From positions 11,160,001-11,224,000 of the forward strand of contig JBNRSN020000029.1 in NCBI GenBank assembly GCA_051313645.2: a DNA stretch of 64,000 nt, in the 5' to 3' direction. Within the stretch, counting starts at the first letter, position 1. The number at the start of each line of letters is the position of its first letter. The position numbers and the translations under genes were made by a program. Below, piece after piece: positions 51,501 through 64,000 of the stretch. The DNA is from Centroscyllium fabricii (lineage: Eukaryota). The notes under the pieces are model-generated. The model was given only the letters and a program-made list of their open reading frames with translations, was not told the DNA's origin and did no database searches.

Positions 51501-54500
51501 GAACACAGCCCCTACGCTGAACACAGGCGCTACACTGAACACAGCCCTTACACTGAACACAGCCGCTACGCTGAACACAGCCCCTACACTGAACACAGCC
51601 GCTACACTGAACACAGCCCCTACACTGAATACAGCCCCTACACTGAACACAGCCCCTACACTGAACACAGCCCCTACACTGAACACAGCCCCTACACTGA
51701 ACACAGCCCCTACACTGAACACAGCCCCTACACTGAACACAGCCCCTACACTGAACACAGACCCTACACTGAACACAGCACCTACACTGAACACAGCCCC
51801 TACACTGAACACAGCCCCTACGCTGAACACAGCAACTACACTGAACACAGCACCTACACTGAACACAGCCCCTACACTGAACACAGCCCCCACACTGAAC
51901 ACAGGCCCTACACTGAACACAGACCTTACACTGAACACTGCCCCCACACTGAACACAGACCCTACACTGAACACAGACACTACACTGAACACATTCCCTA
52001 CATTAAACACAGCCCCTACACTGAACACAGCCACTACACTGAACACAGCCACTACATTGAACACAGCCCCTACACTGAACACGGACCCTACACTGAACAC
52101 AGACCCTACACTGAAACAAGCCCCTACACTGAACACAGCCCCTGCACTTAACACAGACCCTACACTGAACAGAGACCCTACACTGGACACAGCCCCGACA
52201 CTGAACACAGCCCCTACATTGAACACAGCCCCTACACTGAACATGGCCAATAGACTGAACACGGCACCTACACTGAACATAATCCCTACACTGAACACAG
52301 ACGCTACACTGAACACAGACCATACACTGAACACAGACCCTACACTGAACACTGACCCTACACTGAACACGGCCCCGACAATGAACACGGCCCCCACACT
52401 GAACACGGCCCCTACACTGAACACAGCCGCTACGCTGAACACAGCCCCTACGCTGAACACAGCCCCTACGCTGAACACAGCCCCTACGCTGAACACAGCC
52501 CCTACGCTGAACACAGCCCCTACATTGAACACGGCCCCTACACTGAACACGGCCCCCACACTGAACACGGCCCCTACACTGAACACAGCCACCACACTGA
52601 ACACGGACCCTACACTGAACATGGCCCCTACAATGAACATGGCCCCTACACTGAACACAGCCCCTAGACTGAACACGGCCCCTTCACTGAACACGGCCCC
52701 CACACTGAACACGGCCCCCACACTGAAAACAGCCCCTACACTGAACACAGACCCTACACTGAACACTGGCCCTACACTGAACACAGACCCTACACTGAAC
52801 ACAGCACCTACACTGAACACAGAACCTACACTGAACACGGCCCCTACACAGAACACGGCCCCTACACTGAACACAGCCCCCACACTGAACACAGCCCCCA
52901 CACTGAACACAGCCCCTACACTGAACACAGCCCCTACAGTGAACACAGGCCCAACACTGAACACTGGCCCTACACTGAACACAGACCCTACTCTGACCAC
53001 AGACCCTACACTGAATACAGACCCTACACTGAACACAGCACCTACACTGAACACAGAACCTACACTGAACACGGACCCTACACTGAACACAGAACCTACA
53101 CTGAACACAGACCCTACACTGAAAACCGACCCAACACTGAACACAGCACCTACACTGACCACAGACCCTACACTGAACACAGACACTACACTGAACACAG
53201 CCCCAAAACTGAACTCAGCCCCAACACTGAACACAGCCCGTACACTGAATACAGACCCTACACTGAACACAGCACATACATTGAACACAGCCCCAACACT
53301 GAACACAGCACCTACACTGAACATAGACCCTACACTGAACACAACCCCAACACTGAACACGGACTCTAAACTGAACACAGACCCTACACAAAACACAACC
53401 CCTACACTGAACACAATCCCTACACTGAACACAGTCCCTACACTGAACACAGTCCCTAAACTGAACACGGACCCTACAATGAACATGGACCCTACACTGA
53501 ACACGGGCCCTACACTGAACACGGACCCTACAGTGAACACAGACCCTACACTGAACACAGACCCTGCACTGAACACAGACCCTACACTGAACACAGCCAA
53601 AAAACTGAACACGGCACCTGCACTGAACACAGACCCCACACTGAACACAGACCCTACACTGAACACAGACCCTACACTGAACACAGACCCTACACTGAAC
53701 ACAATCCCTAAACTGAAAACAGCCCCTACACTGAACACAATCTCTACACTGAACACAGACCCTACACTGAACACAGACCCTACACTGAACACAGACCCTA
53801 CACTGAACACAGACCCTACACTGAACACGGACCCTACACTGAACACGGACCCTACACTGAACACAGATCCTACACTCAGCACAATCTCTACACTGAACAC
53901 AGCCCCTACACTGAACACAATCCCTACACTGAACACAATCCTTACACTGAACACAGACCCTACACTGAACACAGACCCTACACTGAACACAGACCCTACA
54001 CTGACCACGGACACTACACTGAACACAGACCCTACACTAAACACAACACCTACACTGAACAAAACCACTACACTGAACACAGCCCCTGCAATGAACACGG
54101 ACCCTACACTAAACACGGCCCCTACTCTGAACACGGCCCCTACTCTGAACACAGCCCCTACACTAAACAGAGACCCTACACTGAACACGGACCCTACACT
54201 AAACACAGTCCCTACTCTGAACACTGACCCTACGCTAAACACAGCCCCGAAACTGAACACAGCCTGAACACAGCCCCTACACTGAACACAGCCCCTACAC
54301 TGAACACAGCCCCTACACTGAACACAGCCCCTACACTGAACACAGCCCCTACACTGAACACAGACCCTACACTGAACACAGCACCTACACTGAACACAGC
54401 CCCTACACTGAACACAGCCCCTACGCTGAACACAGCAACTACACTGAACACAGCACCTACACTGAACACAGCACATACACTGAACACAGCCCCTACACTG

Positions 54501-57500
54501 AACTTGGCCCCTACACTGAACACGGCCCCAACACTGAACACAGCCCCTGAACTGAACACAGTCCCTACACTGAACACAGCACCTATGCTGAACACAGGCC
54601 CTACACTGAACACGGCCCCTACACTGAACACAGCCCCTGTACTGAACACAGTCCCTACACTGAACACAGCCCCTACACTGAACACAGACCCTACACTGAA
54701 CACAGACCCTACACTGAACACAGACCCTACACTGAACACAATCCCTGTACTGAACACAGTCCCTACACTGAACACAGCACCTGCACTGAACACAGTCCCT
54801 ACACTGAACACGGCCCCGACACTGAACACGGCCCCTACACTAAACACAGCCCCTACACTGAACATGGACCCTATACTAAACACAGCACTTACACTGAACA
54901 CGGCCCCAACACTGAACTCGGCCCCTACACTGAACACGGCCCCGACACTGAAAACGGCCCCTACACTGAACACAGCCCCTACACGGAACACAGGCCCCTA
55001 CACTGAACACAGACCCTACACTTAACACAGTCCCTAAACTGAACACAGCCCCTACACTGAACACAGCCCCTACACTGAACACAGCCCCTACACTGAACAC
55101 AGACCCTACACTGAACAAAAAACCTACACTGAACACAAAACCTACACTGAACACAGCCCCTACACTGAACACGCCCCCTACACTGAACACAGCCCCTACA
55201 CTGAACACGGCCCCTACACTGAACACAGACCCTACACTGAACACAGACCCCACACTGAACACAGCCCCTACACTGAACACAGCCCCTACACTGAACACGG
55301 CCCCTACACTGAACACGGACCCTACACTGAACACGGCCCCTGCACTGAACACGGCCCCTGCACTGAACACGGCCCCTACACTGAACACCGCCCCTACACT
55401 GAACACAGCCCCCACACTGAACACAGCCCCCACACTGAACACAGCACCCGCACTGAACACAGACACTACACTGAACACAGACACTACACTGAACACAGCT
55501 ACAACACTGAACACAGCCACTACATTGAACACAGCCCCTACACTGAACACGGACCCTACACTGAACACAGACCCTACACTGAAATAAGCCCCTACACTGA
55601 AAACAGCCCCTACACTTAACACAGACCCTACACTGAACACAGCCCCTACACTGGACACAGCCCCTACACTGAACACAGCCCCTACATTGAACACAGCCAC
55701 TACACTGAACATGGCCAATAGACTGAACACGGCACCTACACTGAACATAATCCCTACACTGAATACAGACGCTACACTGAACACAGACCCTACACTGAAC
55801 ACAGACCCTACACTGAACACTGACCCTACACTGAACACAGCCCCTACAATGAACACAGCCCCCACACTGAACACGGCCCCTACACTGAACACAGCCGCCA
55901 CACTGAACACGGCCCCTACACTGAACACGGCCCCTACACTGAACCCCGGCCCTACACTGAACACAGACCCTACACTGCACACAGCCCCCACACTGAACAC
56001 AGCCCCTACACTGAACACAGCCCCTACACTGAACACGGCCCCCACACTGAACACGGCCCCTACACTGAACACGGCCCCTGCACTGAACACGGCCCCTGCA
56101 CTGAACATGGCCCCCGCACTGAACATGGCCCCCGCACTGAACACGGCCCCTACACTGAACACAGACCCTACACTGAACACAGCCACCACACTGAACACAG
56201 GCCCTACACTGAACACAGACCTTACACTGAACACAGCCACTAAACTGAACACGGCCCCTACACTGAACACGGCCCCTGTACTGAACACAGTCCCTACACT
56301 GAACACAGCCCCTACACTGAACACAGACCCTACACTGAACACAATCCCTGTACTGAACACAGTCCCTACACTGAACACAGCACCTACACTGAACACAGCC
56401 CCTAGACTGAACACGGCCCCTTCACTGAACACGGCCCCCACACTGAACACGGCCCCCACACTGAAAACAGCCCCTACACTGAACACAGACCCTACACTGA
56501 ACACTGGCCCTACACTGAACACAGACCCTACACTGAACACAGCACCTACACTGAACACAGAACCTACACTGAACACGGCCCCTACACAGAACACGGCCCC
56601 TACACTGAACACAGCCCCCACACTGAACACAGCCCCCACACTGAACACAGCCCCTACACTGAACACAGCCCCTACAGTGAACACAGGCCCAACACTGAAC
56701 ACTGGCCCTACACTGAACACAGACCCTACTCTGACCACAGACCCTACACTGAATACAGACCCTACACTGAACACAGCACCTACACTGAACACAGAACCTA
56801 CACTGAACACGGACCCTACACTGAACACAGAACCTACACTGAACACAGACCCTACACTGAAAACCGACCCAACACTGAACACAGCACCTACACTGACCAC
56901 AGACCCTACACTGAACACAGACACTACACTGAACACAGCCCCAAAACTGAACTCAGCCCCAACACTGAACACAGCCCGTACACTGAATACAGACCCTACA
57001 CTGAACACAGCACATACATTGAACACAGCCCCAACACTGAACACAGCACCTACACTGAACATAGACCCTACACTGAACACAACCCCAACACTGAACACGG
57101 ACTCTAAACTGAACACAGACCCTACACAAAACACAACCCCTACACTGAACACAATCCCTACACTGAACACAGTCCCTACACTGAACACAGTCCCTAAACT
57201 GAACACGGACCCTACAATGAACATGGACCCTACACTGAACACGGGCCCTACACTGAACACGGACCCTACAGTGAACACAGACACTACACTGAACACAGAC
57301 CCTGCACTGAACACAGACCCTACACTGAACACAGCCAAAAAACTGAACACGGCACCTGCACTGAACACAGACCCCACACTGAACACAGACCCTACACTGA
57401 ACACAGACCCTACACTGAACACAGACCCTACACTGAACACAATCCCTAAACTGAAAACAGCCCCTACACTGAACACAATCTCTACACTGAACACAGACCC

Positions 57501-60500
57501 TACACTGAACACAGACCCTACACTGAACACAGACCCTACACTGAACACAGACCCTACACTGAACACGGACCCTACACTGAACACGGACCCTACACTGAAC
57601 ACAGATCCTACACTCAGCACAATCTCTACACTGAACACAGCCCCTACACTGAACACAATCCCTACACTGAACACAATCCTTACACTGAACACAGACCCTA
57701 CACTGAACACAGACCCTACACTGAACACAGACCCTACACTGACCACGGACACTACACTGAACACAGACCCTACACTAAACACAACACCTACACTGAACAA
57801 AACCACTACACTGAACACAGCCCCTGCAATGAACACGGACCCTACACTAAACACGGCCCCTACTCTGAACACGGCCCCTACTCTGAACACAGCCCCTACA
57901 CTAAACAGAGACCCTACACTGAACACGGACCCTACACTAAACACAGTCCCTACTCTGAACACTGACCCTACGCTAAACACAGCCCCGAAACTGAACACAG
58001 CCTGAACACAGCCCCTACACTGAACACAGCCCCTACACTGAACACAGCCCCTACACTGAACACAGCCCCTACACTGAACACAGCCCCTACACTGAACACA
58101 GACCCTACACTGAACACAGCACCTACACTGAACACAGCCCCTACACTGAACACAGCCCCTACGCTGAACACAGCAACTACACTGAACACAGCACCTACAC
58201 TGAACACAGCACATACACTGAACACAGCCCCTACACTGAACTTGGCCCCTACACTGAACACGGCCCCAACACTGAACACAGCCCCTGAACTGAACACAGT
58301 CCCTACACTGAACACAGCACCTATGCTGAACACAGGCCCTACACTGAACACGGCCCCTACACTGAACACAGCCCCTGTACTGAACACAGTCCCTACACTG
58401 AACACAGCCCCTACACTGAACACAGACCCTACACTGAACACAGACCCTACACTGAACACAGACCCTACACTGAACACAATCCCTGTACTGAACACAGTCC
58501 CTACACTGAACACAGCACCTGCACTGAACACAGTCCCTACACTGAACACGGCCCCGACACTGAACACGGCCCCTACACTAAACACAGCCCCTACACTGAA
58601 CATGGACCCTATACTAAACACAGCACTTACACTGAACACGGCCCCAACACTGAACTCGGCCCCTACACTGAACACGGCCCCGACACTGAAAACGGCCCCT
58701 ACACTGAACACAGCCCCTACACGGAACACAGGCCCCTACACTGAACACAGACCCTACACTTAACACAGTCCCTAAACTGAACACAGCCCCTACACTGAAC
58801 ACAGCCCCTACACTGAACACAGCCCCTACACTGAACACAGACCCTACACTGAACAAAAAACCTACACTGAACACAAAACCTACACTGAACACAGCCCCTA
58901 CACTGAACACGCCCCCTACACTGAACACAGCCCCTACACTGAACACGGCCCCTACACTGAACACAGACCCTACACTGAACACAGACCCCACACTGAACAC
59001 AGCCCCTACACTGAACACAGCCCCTACACTGAACACGGCCCCTACACTGAACACGGACCCTACACTGAACACGGCCCCTGCACTGAACACGGCCCCTGCA
59101 CTGAACACGGCCCCTACACTGAACACCGCCCCTACACTGAACACAGCCCCCACACTGAACACAGCCCCCACACTGAACACAGCCCCCGCACTGAACACAG
59201 ACACTACACTGAACACAGACACTACACTGAACACAGCTACAACACTGAACACAGCCACTACATTGAACACAGCCCCTACACTGAACACGGACCCTACACT
59301 GAACACAGACCCTACACTGAAATAAGCCCCTACACTGAAAACAGCCCCTACACTTAACACAGACCCTACACTGAACACAGCCCCTACACTGGACACAGCC
59401 CCTACACTGAACACAGCCCCTACATTGAACACAGCCACTACACTGAACATGGCCAATAGACTGAACACGGCACCTACACTGAACATAATCCCTACACTGA
59501 ATACAGACGCTACACTGAACACAGACCCTACACTGAACACAGACCCTACACTGAACACTGACCCTACACTGAACACAGCCCCTACAATGAACACAGCCCC
59601 CACACTGAACACGGCCCCTACACTGAACACAGCCGCCACACTGAACACGGCCCCTACACTGAACACGGCCCCTACACTGAACCCCGGCCCTACACTGAAC
59701 ACAGACCCTACACTGCACACAGCCCCCACACTGAACACAGCCCCTACACTGAACACAGCCCCTACACTGAACACGGCCCCCACACTGAACACGGCCCCTA
59801 CACTGAACACGGCCCCTGCACTGAACACGGCCCCTGCACTGAACATGGCCCCCGCACTGAACATGGCCCCCGCACTGAACACGGCCCCTACACTGAACAC
59901 AGACCCTACACTGAACACAGCCCCCACACTGAACACAGGCCCTACACTGAACACAGACCTTACACTGAACACAGCCACTAAACTGAACACGGCCCCTACA
60001 CTGAACACGGCCCCTGTACTGAACACAGTCCCTACACTGAACACAGCCCCTACACTGAACACAGACCCTACACTGAACACAATCCCTGTACTGAACACAG
60101 TCCCTACACTGAACACAGCACCTACACTGAACACAGCCCCTACACTGAACATGGCCCCGACACTGAACACGGCCCCTACACTGAACATAGCCCCTACACT
60201 GAACACGGACCCTATACTAAACACGGCACCTACACTGAACACGGCCCCAACACTGAACTCGGCCCCTACACTGACCACGGACACTACACTGAACACAGAC
60301 CCTACACTGAACACAGACCCTACACAGAACACAGACCCTACACCAAACACAACCCCTACACTGAACACAGACCCTACACTAAACACAACACCTACACTGA
60401 ACAAAACCACTACACTGAACACAGCCCCTACAATGAACACGGACCCTACACTAAACACGGCCCCTACTCTGAACACAGACCCTACGCTAAACACAGTCCC

Positions 60501-63500
60501 TACTCTGAACACAGCCCCTACACTAAACAGAGACCCTACACTGAACACAGTCCCTACTCTGAACACAGACCCTACGCTAAACACAGCCCCGAAACTGAAC
60601 ACAGCCCGTACACTGAACACAGCCCCAACACTGAACACAGCCCCTACACTGAACACAGCCCCTACACTGAACACAGCCCCTACACTGAACACAGCCCCTA
60701 CACTGAACACAGCCCCTACACTGAACACAGCACCTACACTGAACACAGCCCCTACACTGAACACAGCCCCTACGCTGAACACAGCAACTACACTGAACAC
60801 AGCACCTACACTGAACACAGCACATACACTGAACACAGCCCCTACACTGAACTTGGCCCCTAACCTGAACACGGCCCCAACACTGAACACAGCCCCTGAA
60901 CTGAACACAGTCCCTACACTGAACACAGCACCTATGCTGAACACAGGCCCTACACTGAACACGGCCCCTACACTGAACACAGCCCCTGTACTGAACACAG
61001 TCCCTACACTGAACACAGCCCCTACACTGAACACAGCCCCTACACTGAACACAGCCCCTACACTGAACACAGACCCTACACTGAACAAAAAACCTACACT
61101 GAACACAAAACCTACACTGAACACAGCCCCTACACTGAACACGCCCCCTACACTGAACACGGCCCCTACACTGAACACGGCCCCTACACTGAACACAGAC
61201 CCTACACTGAACACAGCCCCCACACTGAACACAACCCCTACACTGAACACGGCCCCTACACTGAACAAGGCCCCTACACTGAACACAGCCCCTACACTGA
61301 ACACAGCCCCTACACTGAACACGGCCCCTACACTGAACACGGACCCTACACTGAACACAGCCCCTACACTGAACACGCCCACTACACTGAACACAGCCCC
61401 TACACTGAACACAGCCCCTACACTGAACACGGCCCCTACACTGAACACGGACCCTACACTGAACACAGCCCCTACACTGAACACGGCCCCTACACTGAAC
61501 ACGGACCCTACACTGAACACCGCCCCTACACTGAACACAGCCCCTACACTGAACACAGCCCCTACACTGAACAGAGCCCCCACACTGAACACAGGCCTTA
61601 CACTGAACACAGACCTTACACTGAACACAGCCCCCACACTGAACACAGCCCCCGCACTGAACACAGACACTACACTGAACACAGACACTACACTGAACAC
61701 AGCTACAACACTGAACACAGCCACTACATTGAACACAGCCCCTACACTGAACACGGACCCTACACTGAACACAGACCCTACACTGAAATAAGCCCCTACA
61801 CTGAAAACAGCCCCTACACTTAACACAGACCCTACACTGAACACAGCCCCTACACTGGACACAGCCCCTACACTGAACACAGCCCCTACATTGAACACAG
61901 CCACTACACTGAACATGGCCAATAGACTGAACACGGCACCTACACTGAACATAATCCCTACACTGAATACAGACGCTACACTGAACACAGACCCTACACT
62001 GAAAACAGACCCTACACTGAACACTGACCCTACACTGAACACTGACCCTACACTGAACACTGACCCTACACTGAACACAACCCCTACAATGAACACAGCC
62101 CCCACACTGAACACGGCCCCTACACTGAACACAGCCGCTACACTGAACACAGCCCCTACACTGAACACAGCCCCTACTCTGAACACAGCCCCCACGCTGA
62201 ACACAGCCCCCACACTGAACACAGCCCCCACACTGAACACGGCCCCTACACTGAACACGGCCCCTACACTGAACCCAGGCCCTACACTGAACACAGACCC
62301 TACACTGCACACAGCCCCCACACTGAACACAGCCCCTACACTGAACACAGCCCCTACACTGAACATGGCCCCCACACTGAACACGGCCCCTACACTGAAC
62401 ACGGCCCCTGCACTGAACACGACCCCTGCACTGAACACGGCCCCCGCACTGAACACGGCCCGTACACTGAACACAGACCCTACACTGAACACAGCCCCCA
62501 CACTGAACACAGGCCCTACACTGAACACAGACCTTACACTGAACACAGCCCCTACACTGAACACGGCCCCTACACTGAACACGGCCCCTACACTGAACAC
62601 GGCCCCTACACTGAACACGGCCCCTACACTGAACACAGTCCCTACACTGAACACAGCCCCTACACTGAACACAGACCCTACACTGAACACAATCCCTGTA
62701 CTGAACCCAGTCCCTACACTGAACACAGCACCTACACTGAACACAGCCCCTACACTGAACATGGCCCCGACACTGAACACGGCCCCTACACTGAACATAG
62801 CCCCTACACTGAACACGGACTCTATACTAAACACGGCACCTACACTGAACACGGCCCCAACACTGAACTCGGCCCCTACACTGAACACGGCCCTGACACT
62901 GAACACGGCCCCTAAACTGAACAAAGCCCCTACACGGAACACAGGCCCCTACACTGAACACAGCCCCTACACTGAACACAATCCCTACACTGAACACAAT
63001 CCTTACACTGAACACAGACCCTACACTGAACACAGACCCTACACTGAACACAGACCCTACACTGACCACGGACACTACACTGAACACAGACCCTACACTG
63101 AACACAGACCCTACACAGAACACAGACCCAACACCAAACACAACCCCTACACTGAACACAGACCCTACACTAAACACAACACCTACACTGAACAAAACCA
63201 CTACACTGAACACAGCCCCTACAATGAACACGGACCCTACACTAAACACGGCCCCTACTCTGAACACAGACCCTACGCTAAACACAGTCCCTACTCTGAA
63301 CACAGCCCCTACACTAAACAGAGACCCTACACTGAACACGGACCCTACACTAAACACAGTCCCTACTCTGAACACAGACCCTACGCTAAACACAGCCCTG
63401 AAACTGAACGCAGCCCGTACAGTGAACACAGCCCCAACACTGAACAAAGCCCCTACACTGAACACAGCCCCTACACTGAACACAGCCCCTACACTGAACA

Positions 63501-64000
63501 CAGCCCCTACACTGAACACAGCCCCTACACTGAACACAGCCCCTACGCTGAACACAGCAGCTACACTGAACACAGCACCTACACTGAACACAGCACATAC
63601 ACTGAACACAGCCCCTACACTGAACTTGGCCCCTACACTAAACACGGCCCCTACACTGAACACGGCCCCTACACTGAACCCAGGCCCTACACTGAACACA
63701 GACCCTACACTGCACACAGCCCCCACACTGAACACAGCCCCTACATTGAACACAGCCCCTACACTGAACACAGCCCCCACACTGAACACGGCCCCTACAC
63801 TGAACACGGCCCCTGCACTGAACACGGCCCCTGCACTGAACATGGCCCCCGCACTGAACACGGCCCCTACACTGAACACAGACCCTACACTGAACACAGC
63901 CCCCACACTGAACACAGGCCCTACACTGAACACAGACCTTACACTGAACACAGCCCCTACACTGAACACGGCCCCTACACTGAACACGGCCCCTGTACTG
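45538..64000. repeat. 18-bp tandem repeat array, right part (about 1025 monomers, continues past the window)
   Basis: Same monomer and same variant blocks as 18027-44081. Confidence 0.99.

Noticed and set aside
17976-63987. Dozens of long ORFs: (VFSVGA)n, (VQCRGC)n Cys-rich, (YTEHSP)n and (TLNTAP)n
   Set aside because: An 18-bp monomer without stops in four frames gives long ORFs automatically. Frames switch at indel monomers and there is no unique domain, signal peptide or splice context, so they are not called as CDS.
18027-64000. CRISPR-like repeat-spacer array
   Set aside because: There are no unique spacers, the period is only 18 bp, no cas genes are present and the context is eukaryotic.

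Overview
This is eukaryotic, repeat-rich vertebrate DNA. V-domain tRNA-derived SINEs with CR1-type tails, CR1 LINEs and Penelope-type termini point to a cartilaginous fish (inference). Bases 1-11.4 kb hold three nested, degraded minus-strand Ty3/Gypsy elements: one with a 1.55-kb LTR and a tRNA-Arg PBS, and two Mag-like copies with no tRNA PBS but a fold-back pairing. Bases 11.4-17.4 kb are a mosaic of a GC minisatellite, CR1 fragments, a solo LTR, SINEs, a Penelope-type end with a minimal hammerhead-ribozyme motif, and a Tigger-like end. At 17459-17580 there is a compact beta-defensin-like terminal exon (six Cys, splice acceptor, stop, AATAAA) that the ORF track misses; it is the only host gene candidate seen. 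From about 18027 to the end is about 44.5 kb of 18-bp tandem repeat (TACACTGAACACAGCCCC) with kb-scale higher-order duplications. It is broken by a 200-N gap and a chromovirus plus CR1 island. The long ORFs in the array are most likely by-products of the 18-bp period.
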